IMG/VR virus record: IMGVR_UViG_3300038682_000017
Strand: one strand, 5' to 3'
Source of the DNA: a virus
DNA: 41,822 nt
Part shown: one piece after another, positions 7,331 through 15,998 of the stretch
How the letters are laid out: each line of letters starts with the position of its first letter
How positions within the stretch are numbered: position 1 is the first letter of the stretch
Made by a program: the position numbers and the translations under genes
The notes under the pieces: generated by a model
The model's database searches: none
What the model was told of the DNA's origin: nothing
The model's input: only the letters and a program-made list of their open reading frames with translations

Positions 7331-8044
7331 ATGGCTAAAAAGAAACAAGAAGATTTATCTACATACGACGCAGTTAAGAAAGCATTCATTAAACGATGTG
7401 AAGACCTGTCACATGTTCGCAGCTTGCACGACGTGATCAGAGACTTTGCTGAACTGGGTCGTATCACTATCGTCAACCAACTCACACCGTTCTACTCGCA
7501 AGAATCAGAAGACACCTACCTGAAGACCATCAAGAAGTACAACAGTGATGAGCAGTCACATCTTGCTCAGATGCTTGCATTCGTGTCGATGGCTCACCAG
7601 ATGCAACACGGTGACTTCCTTGGTGAAGCACTGATGGAACTCAGTATGGGTCGTAAGGAGTTAGGTCAATTCTTCTCACCATACTCAGTCTGTCAGCTCA
7701 ATGCTCAGCTCAATGCTCAGATGTGTATCAGCGAATCATCGGTCAATGATAAAGGTTACATTACACTCAGTGAACCGGCTGCTGGTGGCGGTGGGATGGT
7801 CATTGCTGCACATCATCGTGCAACTGAGCTGAAGGTTGATCTGTATGCTCACTGTGTCGAACTTAGTCACATGACAGCAGACCTATGTTACATCAACCTG
7901 AGCGCAGCAGGAGTCGCAGCACACGTGACTCAAGGTAACACTTTATCAATGAAGATGGGTCGTAGCTTCCCAACACCTGCACTGTGTACTGAGCTATGGC
8001 ACAATCGATTTAAATCTAATCAAGAAACACCTTGCTGGTTATAA
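7331..8044 (+). CDS. N6-adenine-MTase-like SAM-binding-fold protein that ends before a catalytic (D/N/S)PP(Y/F) motif.
   Basis: GQFFSPYSV (about nt 7664) resembles motif X (GxFxTP) of gamma-class N6 MTases. LSEPAAGGGGMV (about nt 7772) resembles motif I. VELSHMTADLCYINLSAAG...GNTL resembles motifs II-III. The ORF stops about 30 aa later with no NPPY/NPPF. Confidence 0.5.
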   Translation: MAKKKQEDLSTYDAVKKAFIKRCEDLSHVRSLHDVIRDFAELGRITIVNQLTPFYSQESEDTYLKTIKKYNSDEQSHLAQMLAFVSMAHQMQHGDFLGEALMELSMGRKELGQFFSPYSVCQLNAQLNAQMCISESSVNDKGYITLSEPAAGGGGMVIAAHHRATELKVDLYAHCVELSHMTADLCYINLSAAGVAAHVTQGNTLSMKMGRSFPTPALCTELWHNRFKSNQETPCWL

Positions 8045-8054
8045 GGAGCAGACG

Positions 8055-8303
8055 ATGACTAAACGCAAGAAGATAACTCGTGCCTATAAAGTAGGTCAAA
8101 CCGATGGTCGAAACGGTGAGCACAAGAACCCGTACCCTGAAGGGTCACAGTGGGCGTTCGACTATGAACGTGGGTATGATGAAGGTCTACCTTCATTGAC
8201 GTGCTACCAATGCGACAAAACTACTGAATGGCTTGCACCGGATAGTCGTTGCGGTGATTGTACTCGTTTAACAGTGGATGAGATAAGAGGTGTCACATGT
8301 TAA
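8055..8303 (+). CDS. Hypothetical protein with a C-terminal CxxC...CxxC zinc ribbon.
   Basis: 82 aa with GGAG upstream. CYQCDK...CGDC forms a 4-Cys cluster. The N-terminal G-rich segment YKVGQTDGRNGEHKNPYPEG...YERGYDEG is loosely Rmf-like. Confidence 0.5.
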   Translation: MTKRKKITRAYKVGQTDGRNGEHKNPYPEGSQWAFDYERGYDEGLPSLTCYQCDKTTEWLAPDSRCGDCTRLTVDEIRGVTC

Positions 8304-8407
8304 TTGAATCAGTGAACCTGGGTGAAGCTCTGCGTGAGGCGTTCACCAAGTCGGTAACAGTGAAACGGTGTATATGGAATAAAGGGACGTGGAAAGTGTG
8401 GATATAA
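8297..8407 (+). CDS. Possible 36-aa ORF translationally coupled to the preceding gene.
   Basis: ATG 8297 lies 6 nt after AGAGGTG and overlaps the upstream stop (ATGTTAA). It is below the ORF-track size cutoff and has no recognisable motif. Confidence 0.3.
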   Translation: MLIESVNLGEALREAFTKSVTVKRCIWNKGTWKVWI

Positions 8408-8408
8408 C

Positions 8409-8843
8409 CCGTGAAACATTGTTGATTAAGTGACCGCCTTCGGGCGGTTTCTTTGTTTCTGTGGGACGCACTTTCTCAGCGACAGTTTAAAGCAATCTGT
8501 CACAAACGTGTCATAAATGAGAATGGTTCTCACAATGTTGCTGAAAATGGCGGTTTACAGTGCTTTCAGTAGAAATGGTGATTTGTAGCTACAGAATCCA
8601 TGACACATTGACGGTTTCATGACAGATTCAGGTAAAAACGTGTCATCGTCTGTAGCCCCCGTGGTTACTGGGTTTCTCTTCTTTTTTTTTACTTTTATGA
8701 CAGAATGACACATTTTTTAAGTAGTAGGAGTTATAAAATCGAAATGGTGTAAATCGGTAAGGAATGGATATTTAACGATGTGTCATACGTCAATGTGTCA
8801 TCGGTGAAATTGTAGTTCTCAGCGACAGTTTCCGTGAAACATT
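8409..8843. repeat. Iteron-like, repeat-dense non-coding region. It is a candidate replication origin, packaging/terminal-repeat region, or late control region.
   Basis: There are eight [G/C]TGTCAT heptamers in both orientations, the 9-mer GAAATGGTG twice, a T9 run with an AT-rich core, the palindrome TGTAGCTACA, and two flanking long direct repeats (12 and 16 nt). I saw no ORF with an SD. Confidence 0.7.
8433..8458 (+). terminator. Rho-independent terminator closing the early rightward genes.
   Basis: GC-rich stem ACCGCC / GGCGGT with tetraloop TTCG, followed by the T-rich tract TTCTTTGTTT. Confidence 0.8.
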
Positions 8844-8855
8844 AACCGGTGAACG

Positions 8856-9362
8856 ATGATTGGTGAATTGTCAAGGTTTGAGTTATTATGTGATCAATTA
8901 GGTATTGTGACGGATTCAAATATGAAGAGAATTACTATTGCAGACATCATCAAGCTACCACCGAAAGAAGCTAACTTCGTGGTGGAGTATGTGAAAGACT
9001 TTGCAGTGCGACGTGCAGCAGAAGCATCGGGGTATTATCCTGACCACGGCTACAAGCTACTTGAGAAGCAGGAAATCAGTGACGCTATTGAACACATCAT
9101 TCAACAACGTCTTGAAGTGAACATGATTGACGCTGACTGGTTGCTCAATGAGATGGTGGATAACCACATGATTGCACGTCAGCAGGGTAACATCACAGCA
9201 AGCAACACTGCACTCAGCATGGTGGGTAAGCATAAACGTGTCGATGCGTTTGCTGCTGACAAGATTAAAGTCAGCACCGATGCTGATGTAGTTGATAAGT
9301 TAGCTGCTGCACGTAGACGTGTTGCAGATCGTGATGAAGATGACGAACCATCATTCTTCTGA
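8856..9362 (+). CDS. terS: Terminase small subunit.
   Basis: The segment EANFVVEYVKDFAVRRAAEASGYYPDHGYKLLEKQEISDAIE matches the Terminase_2-type pattern (F..EY....N...AA..AGY). It lies immediately upstream of terL. An internal ATG at 8922 is an alternative start. Confidence 0.75.
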   Translation: MIGELSRFELLCDQLGIVTDSNMKRITIADIIKLPPKEANFVVEYVKDFAVRRAAEASGYYPDHGYKLLEKQEISDAIEHIIQQRLEVNMIDADWLLNEMVDNHMIARQQGNITASNTALSMVGKHKRVDAFAADKIKVSTDADVVDKLAAARRRVADRDEDDEPSFF

Positions 9363-9371
9363 TAGCATAAT

Positions 9372-9440
9372 AAAGCTCACCACTGATAACGTGCCAACAG
9401 CAGACCGTCACCCTGCTTCATTGCACCAGTGGTGAGCTTT
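9372..9440 (+). other. Long imperfect hairpin (possible RNA processing or regulatory element) between terS and terL.
   Basis: There is a perfect 14-bp inverted repeat, AAAGCTCACCACTG (9372-9385) / CAGTGGTGAGCTTT (9427-9440). Inner helices GTGC/GCAC and AGCAG/CTGCT enclose a 9-nt loop. Only 3 T follow the stem. Confidence 0.55.
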
Positions 9441-9468
9441 CCACTATCGGTGACGAAGGTGACGACCA

Positions 9469-10986
9469 ATGAGCCAGATTGATGTAGATTTAGCAGAAGA
9501 GATAAGTCAGTTTTATAGTGACCCACTTGGGTTCGTACTGTTTGCATTTCCGTGGGGTGAACCTGGTACACCGTTGCAAGGTTTCGATGACCCTGATGAA
9601 TGGCAACGAGAGTTATTAACAACACTCGGTGACGAAGTTGCAGAACGTGGATTCAACGGTGTTGATGCAGTTGACCCTATTCAAGTTGCAGTGTCATCAG
9701 GTCACGGTATCGGTAAATCAGCATTCACTGCAATGATTATCATGTGGATCATGTCTACCAGACCTAAATGTAAAGGTGTGGTCACAGCTAACACCGGAGA
9801 ACAGCTCAAGACTAAAACTATGTCAGAGTTAGCTAAATGGCATTCAATGTGTATCACTAGCCACTGGTTTGAAATGTCGTCGATGTCACTGGTGCATCGT
9901 GCTTACCCTAAGTCATGGCGGGTTGATGCACTGACATCACGTGAAGAAGCATCAGAAGGTTTCGCTGGTCTTCATGCTGCTGATTCAACACCTTTCTACA
10001 TATTCGATGAAGCATCTGCTATCCCTGAAAAGATATGGGAAGTTGCCAAAGGTGGTTTGACCGATGGTGAACCTATGCACATCTGTTTCGGTAACCCTAC
10101 ACGTAACAATGGTTCATTCTATGAGTGTTTCAGGAAGAACAGTCACCGATGGATCACCAGACAGATTGACAGTCGTAAAGCTAAGATGACGAACAAACGA
10201 TTGATCCAACAATGGGTTGATGACTTCGGTGAAGATAGTGACTTTGTGCGTGTCCGTGTACGGGGTATGTTCCCTAAAGGTGGTGATATGCAGTTCATAC
10301 CATCTGATGCAGTTTATGATGCAATGCGTCGTGGTTCAGGTGCGTACCTTGGTGATGACCCGTTGATCTGTGGTATTGACATGGCACGTGGTGGTGACGA
10401 TAACTGCATGATTCAGTTCAGACGTGGTAAAGATGCTAAGTCTGAGAAGGTTTATAAGATACCAGGTGAGAAGTCACGTGATTCAATGAAAGTCGTGTCA
10501 CTGCTTACCATGATACTTGATCGACATAAACCTGATGTTAGCTTCATGGATAAAGGGTCAATGGGTGGACCTGTTGCTGATAGGTTGCGTCAACTCGGTT
10601 ACCATGTCATTGATGTTGGTTTCGGTGACAATGCTGCTGACGTGAAGCACTTCAAGTCGCGCACTGCTGAGATGGGTTCACGTTGTCGTCAGTGGATATT
10701 AGATGGTGGTGCGATACCTAATGACCCACAGCTTGAAGTAGAACTGACAGCACGAGAGTTCGCACACAATGATAAAGACCAACTGGTGCTTGAACGTAAG
10801 AAGGACATGAAGAAGCGACTTGGTGTATCACCTGACTGGGCTGATGCGTTATATCTGACATTTGCTGAACCAGTACCAAAGCGTGAAGTACCACGTGGAC
10901 ATCTCGATCATAACCCGTATGTTCGCAATCAAGACCGACGTGATTACAATCCGTTAGGTGCAATGGACTCTGATGAGTACATATAG
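9469..10986 (+). CDS. terL: Terminase large subunit.
   Basis: 505 aa. Walker A is SSGHGIGKSAF and Walker B is FYIFDEAS. Size and position (after terS, before the portal) fit. AAGGTGA SD. Confidence 0.9.
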   Translation: MSQIDVDLAEEISQFYSDPLGFVLFAFPWGEPGTPLQGFDDPDEWQRELLTTLGDEVAERGFNGVDAVDPIQVAVSSGHGIGKSAFTAMIIMWIMSTRPKCKGVVTANTGEQLKTKTMSELAKWHSMCITSHWFEMSSMSLVHRAYPKSWRVDALTSREEASEGFAGLHAADSTPFYIFDEASAIPEKIWEVAKGGLTDGEPMHICFGNPTRNNGSFYECFRKNSHRWITRQIDSRKAKMTNKRLIQQWVDDFGEDSDFVRVRVRGMFPKGGDMQFIPSDAVYDAMRRGSGAYLGDDPLICGIDMARGGDDNCMIQFRRGKDAKSEKVYKIPGEKSRDSMKVVSLLTMILDRHKPDVSFMDKGSMGGPVADRLRQLGYHVIDVGFGDNAADVKHFKSRTAEMGSRCRQWILDGGAIPNDPQLEVELTAREFAHNDKDQLVLERKKDMKKRLGVSPDWADALYLTFAEPVPKREVPRGHLDHNPYVRNQDRRDYNPLGAMDSDEYI

Positions 10987-11045
10987 ACATTGATTCGTGT
11001 TATGCTATTATCTGATTAATTGTAAATGTCAATAGGAGAATGCTT

Positions 11046-11261
11046 ATGTGTGGCGGTTCACCATCAGCACCACCCCCACCACCTGCTGTACCTGAAGCAC
11101 CTCGTGCACCAGATGTGGGTTCGAGTGAAACAGCGCAAGACCGTGATCGTCGTCGTCGTGCAGCAGCCACTGGTACAGGTGGTCGAAGTACCATCCTCAC
11201 CGGTTCACGTGGTGTACAAGACGGTGCAGCGACTGCAACTAAGACATTGTTAGGACAGTAA
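11046..11261 (+). CDS. Small proline-rich protein starting MCGG (71 aa), function unknown, probably virion-associated.
   Basis: AGGAG lies 7 nt upstream of ATG 11046; the ORF track uses ATG 11040. Sequence: MCGGSPSAPPPPPAVPEAP...RSTILTGSRGV...KTLLGQ. There is no signal peptide ahead of the Cys, so it is not a canonical lipoprotein. Confidence 0.55.
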   Translation: MCGGSPSAPPPPPAVPEAPRAPDVGSSETAQDRDRRRRAAATGTGGRSTILTGSRGVQDGAATATKTLLGQ

Positions 11262-11264
11262 CCT

Positions 11265-12290
11265 ATGCCTACTAACCGTGTTAATCTTGATGTGACTCAG
11301 TATGTCAGGGTGACACCTGACCCGTTGATACCTGTTTCATTGTGGTTGCAGTCACATCGTGACACGGTTCGTCTTGCATTCAGTGACGTTCAACCTGCTA
11401 AGGGTAACACTGTATTTCATGAACTCGGTGGTGAGCATGAACCACTGAATATTGATGTCGTTGAAACACCGTTGTGGGCGTTAGCTACATCAGACAGATG
11501 TGCATTGAGTTACAGTGATGAACGAGTACCTGTTGAAATCAGTGACCGTGGTGATATTGGTGCTGCTGTATTCATTCAAGACCAGACAACACCGTTGCTT
11601 GATTTACTGTTCCTGAATAAGTTAGGAGAGTTTCAGCTTGCAGTTGATACAGACCCTACATCACGATTCTTCACTGCTGCACCTGGTCACGGTATCATTG
11701 TTGATAATATCGTTGAACTTGCTAACGCTGAGAATTTCACACAGTCAAAAGTCATCGGTGTTGTAGGTGACGTGATTGAGATTGATGATATTATCGGCGA
11801 TGTTTACACAACCGGTGTTAACTTCAATCGTTCATCTTCTGATATGCGTGTTGATGGTTCAACTACACCAGTTGTGTTCTCATTGAAGCCTGACCCTGGT
11901 CAATCTGGTGACATTAATGCAATTAAATTTGCTGTTCAGAGTACAAACGCAATGGACTTCTCAACATTTGGAAGCGCACCTGCTTTACGTGTTGGTTGTT
12001 TGTTACGTGTTAAACGTCCCAATGGTGCGTTTATAAATATATTCAATTTCAAGTCTAATGGTGCATTTGTTAACAGAGCATTTGAGCATTATTTTCAAAG
12101 TAAAATCGGTGGTGGTTTACATTCGTTTATTGCTAAGTCAGGATTTAACGGGCAAGAAAATAGTGGTGTAGTTGTTCGTTTAGATGGTGACTTAGGTGAA
12201 GAATTACAGATTGTTGTGCAGGATAATTTATCGATAATAAATCAAGCGTTGATAGTTGCATCTGCACAAGGTTCAGGAATACAGGGTTAG
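11265..12290 (+). CDS. Hypothetical 341-aa protein lying between terminase and portal.
   Basis: Clean ORF in the structural operon. It looks beta-rich and has no motif I recognise. Confidence 0.6.
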   Translation: MPTNRVNLDVTQYVRVTPDPLIPVSLWLQSHRDTVRLAFSDVQPAKGNTVFHELGGEHEPLNIDVVETPLWALATSDRCALSYSDERVPVEISDRGDIGAAVFIQDQTTPLLDLLFLNKLGEFQLAVDTDPTSRFFTAAPGHGIIVDNIVELANAENFTQSKVIGVVGDVIEIDDIIGDVYTTGVNFNRSSSDMRVDGSTTPVVFSLKPDPGQSGDINAIKFAVQSTNAMDFSTFGSAPALRVGCLLRVKRPNGAFINIFNFKSNGAFVNRAFEHYFQSKIGGGLHSFIAKSGFNGQENSGVVVRLDGDLGEELQIVVQDNLSIINQALIVASAQGSGIQG

Positions 12291-12293
12291 ATT

Positions 12294-13964
12294 ATGCCAA
12301 CTATTAGATCATACAATAAACGACTTGAAGCACTGAAATCAGAGCGTTCAACATTCATACCATTGTGGCGTGAACTATCTGATTACCATTTAGCACACCG
12401 TGGTCGCTTCTTAACGTCTGACCGTAACAAGGGTTACAAGCGTAACACGAAGCAGATTAACAACACGTCACGTATGTCAGCACGTACACTTGCGTCAGGT
12501 ATGATGTCAGGTATCACGTCACCGGCTCGACCTTGGTTCAGACTGTCAACAGGTGAACGTAACCTTGATGATATTCAATCAGTGAAGATGTGGTTGCATC
12601 AGGTACAAAGTATTATGTACAAAGTGTTCTCACACTCAAACGTCTACAACTCACTGCATCAACTATATGCTGAACTCGGTGTGTTCGGGACTGCTGCAAT
12701 GGGTGTGTTCCATGACTTTGAGAATGTCATCTGGTGTAAACCTTACACTGTCGGTAGTTACATGATTGGTCTGAACAGTCAGAACATCAGTGACACCTTC
12801 TACCGTGAATATGAAATCAGTGTTGCTCAGTGTGTGAAGCAGTTCGGACTTGAGAACTGTAGCACTTCAGTACAGCAACAATGGGAGAAAGGAAACAGTG
12901 AGTCATGGGTTCAGATCATTCATGCTGTTGAACCTAATGATGATCGTGACGGAAATAGCCCACTTGCTAAAGATAAACCGTGGCGCAGTGTTTACTATGA
13001 GAAATCTTCTGGTACGAAAGAAGGTACTGAAAAGTTCTTGCGTGAATCAGGGTTTGATGACTTCCCTATCCTGACACCACGTTGGGATGTGACTGCTGAA
13101 GATGTCTATGCGACTGATTGCCCTGGTATCACAACACTGGGTGACACTAAAGCACTTCAACTTGCTGAACGTCGCAAGTATCAAGCGATTGATAAGATGG
13201 TCAACCCACCACTACAAGGACCATCTTCATTAAAGAACAAAGTCAACGGTGGCACTGTTGGTCCTAATGACATTGTGTGGCATGAAGAAGTGGGTAATGG
13301 TCTACGCAGCATATATGACTTCAGACCTGATGTTAATGTTATCAAAGCGGAAATCATGGATGTTGAACAACGCATCAAACGTGGTTTCTATGAAGACTTA
13401 TTCTTGATGTTGGCTAATACTGACCGTCGTCAGATTACAGCTCGTGAAGTTGCTGAGAAACATGAAGAGAAGTTGCTGATGTTAGGTCCTGTACTTGAGC
13501 GTTTGCACACTGAACTACTTGATCCATTGATTGACCGTACCTTTAACATTCTTCAGCAGAACGGTGTTTTACCTGTACCACCACCAGAGTTGCAGAATAA
13601 AGACTTAAATGTTGAATATGTATCGGTGTTAGCACAAGCACAACGTCTTGTTGCTACTGGTGCAATTGACCGTCTTGTCGGATTCACAGGGCAACTTGCT
13701 GCTATATGGCCCGAAGCACGTCATAAGATTAATGCAATGCAGTCTGTCGATGATTATGCTGAATCACTTGGTGTTGATCCTGCAATCATTCGCAGTGATG
13801 ATGAAGTTGCAATCATGGTCGAACAAGAACAGATGCGTGCTGCTCAGGCACAAGCAATGGCAACTGCACAGCAAGGTGTGGATATGGCGAAGACTGCATC
13901 TGAAACTGAGCTTAATGAAAATAATGCACTCGGTGCAACAATGCGTAGAGCAGGACTAGCATAA
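12294..13964 (+). CDS. Portal protein.
   Basis: 556 aa, in the canonical position between terminase and scaffold/capsid. The size is close to T7 gp8-type portals. Confidence 0.8.
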   Translation: MPTIRSYNKRLEALKSERSTFIPLWRELSDYHLAHRGRFLTSDRNKGYKRNTKQINNTSRMSARTLASGMMSGITSPARPWFRLSTGERNLDDIQSVKMWLHQVQSIMYKVFSHSNVYNSLHQLYAELGVFGTAAMGVFHDFENVIWCKPYTVGSYMIGLNSQNISDTFYREYEISVAQCVKQFGLENCSTSVQQQWEKGNSESWVQIIHAVEPNDDRDGNSPLAKDKPWRSVYYEKSSGTKEGTEKFLRESGFDDFPILTPRWDVTAEDVYATDCPGITTLGDTKALQLAERRKYQAIDKMVNPPLQGPSSLKNKVNGGTVGPNDIVWHEEVGNGLRSIYDFRPDVNVIKAEIMDVEQRIKRGFYEDLFLMLANTDRRQITAREVAEKHEEKLLMLGPVLERLHTELLDPLIDRTFNILQQNGVLPVPPPELQNKDLNVEYVSVLAQAQRLVATGAIDRLVGFTGQLAAIWPEARHKINAMQSVDDYAESLGVDPAIIRSDDEVAIMVEQEQMRAAQAQAMATAQQGVDMAKTASETELNENNALGATMRRAGLA

Positions 13965-14242
13965 TGGATGATTTTCAAGATGAAAATGAAGGTGCTAAAA
14001 AGCAGCAGAAGTCACGTGAATTGGAATTACTCACCATTCGCAATATAATGAAAACTGAGAATGGTCGTGCGTTTATGTGGCGGTGTTTGCAAAACTGTTG
14101 TACTTTTGAGAATATATTCAGCAGAGACACCATGCAGCATTCATATAACTCAGGTTTAAGAAGTCATGGTTTATGGCTCGATGAAGAGTTAAGAGAAGCT
14201 GCAACGGATGATTATTACAAAATGTTAAAAGAGAACAGGTGA
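13964..14242 (+). CDS. Bbp19-like small head-module protein.
   Basis: The 92-aa segment IMKTENGRAFMWRCLQNCCTFENIF...NSGLRSHGLWLDEEL resembles the Bbp19 family of BPP-1-like phages as I remember it. It is coupled to the portal gene by a TAATG overlap. Confidence 0.5.
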   Translation: MDDFQDENEGAKKQQKSRELELLTIRNIMKTENGRAFMWRCLQNCCTFENIFSRDTMQHSYNSGLRSHGLWLDEELREAATDDYYKMLKENR

Positions 14243-14247
14243 CGACA

Positions 14248-14943
14248 ATGGTTATTAATAAAGATTGGTTATTCAACGTCTATCGAAATGAAGCTGGCGC
14301 AGATGGTTCTGATGCTGGCGGTGGCGCAGCTACCACAGGCGTACAAACTGAAACAGGAGCTGGTGACGAAACACCACCGGCTGCTGTAGAGAATTCTGAC
14401 GCAGGTAACACTGCTGATGATACTGGTGGTAGTGATACCACTGGACAAGAAACTGGTGAAGGTAGCCAGACAGCACCCGACACTTATGCCGACTTTGCTA
14501 TGCCTGAAGGGGTCACAGTTGATTCTGAACTGTTAGCTGAAGCAACACCGATTTTTAAAGAATTGGGATTGACTCAGGAACAAGCGCAGAAACTTGTAGA
14601 CTTCCAAGCAAAGCAAGTCCAGGCGAGTTCGCAGAGTCAAGTCGATGCTTTCAATCAGTTGATGAATGACTGGCAAGAACAGGCTAAAAATGACAAAGAG
14701 TTCGGTGGCGATAAGTTTGAAGAAAACATCGGTATCGCACGATCTGCCATTGATAAGTTTGGTACGCCAGAATTGAAGCAACTGCTGGAAGAACACGGTG
14801 TGGGTAACCACCCTGAAGTTATCCGGTTTATGGTCAAGGTAGGGAAGTTAACTGCTGAAGATGTACCTGGTGGCACGACTACACCAACATCAAAGGCGCA
14901 AGACCGTGTGTCACTTCTTTACCCGAATGACAAAACTGCCTAA
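14248..14943 (+). CDS. Scaffolding protein.
   Basis: It sits immediately before the major capsid gene. It has an acidic low-complexity N-terminus followed by a helical region (YADFAMPEGVTVDSELL...LTQEQAQKLVDFQ) typical of podophage scaffolds. ATG 14248 is preferred over the SD-embedded GTG 14239. Confidence 0.7.
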   Translation: MVINKDWLFNVYRNEAGADGSDAGGGAATTGVQTETGAGDETPPAAVENSDAGNTADDTGGSDTTGQETGEGSQTAPDTYADFAMPEGVTVDSELLAEATPIFKELGLTQEQAQKLVDFQAKQVQASSQSQVDAFNQLMNDWQEQAKNDKEFGGDKFEENIGIARSAIDKFGTPELKQLLEEHGVGNHPEVIRFMVKVGKLTAEDVPGGTTTPTSKAQDRVSLLYPNDKTA

Positions 14944-14962
14944 CTAACTCAAGAGGTGAAAT

Positions 14963-15961
14963 ATGGCTACTTTAGGAAATAAGTTTGTCGATCTAATCGA
15001 CATCTACAAACAGCAAGACGGTATGGGTAACTTTGTTCCTGTTATCGAAATGCTAATGGAAATGAACCCTATATTGGAAGATGCGATTGCGGTTGAGTGT
15101 AACAAGGGTACTACTCACCTGCACACTGTTCGCACTGGTCTTCCTTCAGTGACATGGGGTCGTTTGTATCAAGGCATTCCAAACAGTAAAGGTCGTATAG
15201 CGCAAGTTGAAGACACTACTGGTTTCGTTGAAGGTCTTAGCACCATTGACAAGCGTTTGCTTGATCTGTCAACTAACGAAGGTGCTGTGCGTTTATCTGA
15301 AGCACAAGCGTACCTTGAATCGATGTCACAGGAAGTAGCAACTAAAATGTTCTACGGTGACACAGCGTCTGATCCTGAAGAATTCATGGGTCTAGCACCA
15401 CGATTCAATGATTTATCTGCCGCCAACGGTGGTCAGATTATTGATGCTGGTGGTACTGGTTCTGACAACACTTCAGTGTGGTTCGTTACCTGGGGTGATA
15501 ACCAATGTCAGGCACTTTACCCGAAAGGTACTCAAGCTGGTGTTCAGCGTGAAGACATGGGTGAGCAACGTGTTACTGATGAAAACGGTAACGCTTACTA
15601 TGCCAAAGAAGAGAAGTTCACATGGCACATCGGTCTTGCTGTTAAAGACTGGCGTTATGTTTCTCGTATCGCAAACATTGACGTTAGCGACATGGCTGCT
15701 GGCTCAGTTGCACTTTACGACTTCATGCGTAAGGCATACTACAAGTTGCAGAATCGTCGTGTAGCAGGTGGTACTATCGCTATCTACTGTAACCGTGATG
15801 TTCTTGAAGCACTTGATGCTTTAGCAACTAACGCTGGTGCGTCTGACAACTTCGTGCGTCTGAAGCCGATGGAAATCGAAGGTAAGGAAGTAATGACTTA
15901 TCGTGGTATTCCGATCCGTGAGACTGATGCAATTCTTAACACTGAAGCTCGTGTGGTTTAA
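14963..15961 (+). CDS. Major capsid protein (HK97-fold expected).
   Basis: 332 aa with a strong SD (AGAGGTGA). It lies after the scaffold and before a terminator-bounded decoration gene. Size is typical for podophage MCPs. Confidence 0.85.
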   Translation: MATLGNKFVDLIDIYKQQDGMGNFVPVIEMLMEMNPILEDAIAVECNKGTTHLHTVRTGLPSVTWGRLYQGIPNSKGRIAQVEDTTGFVEGLSTIDKRLLDLSTNEGAVRLSEAQAYLESMSQEVATKMFYGDTASDPEEFMGLAPRFNDLSAANGGQIIDAGGTGSDNTSVWFVTWGDNQCQALYPKGTQAGVQREDMGEQRVTDENGNAYYAKEEKFTWHIGLAVKDWRYVSRIANIDVSDMAAGSVALYDFMRKAYYKLQNRRVAGGTIAIYCNRDVLEALDALATNAGASDNFVRLKPMEIEGKEVMTYRGIPIRETDAILNTEARVV

Positions 15962-15998
15962 TACCGCACGATCCTTTAACTAATTTAGGAGAATCATC

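Noticed and set aside
11000-11253. ORFs 11000-11200 (-) and 11026-11253 (+), which overlap the small MCGG gene.
   Set aside because: Their compositions are implausible: Arg/Pro/Ala-rich antisense, and His/Val/Gln runs. They have no SD. They are shadows of the GC- and proline-codon-rich real frame (11046-11261), which does have an AGGAG SD.
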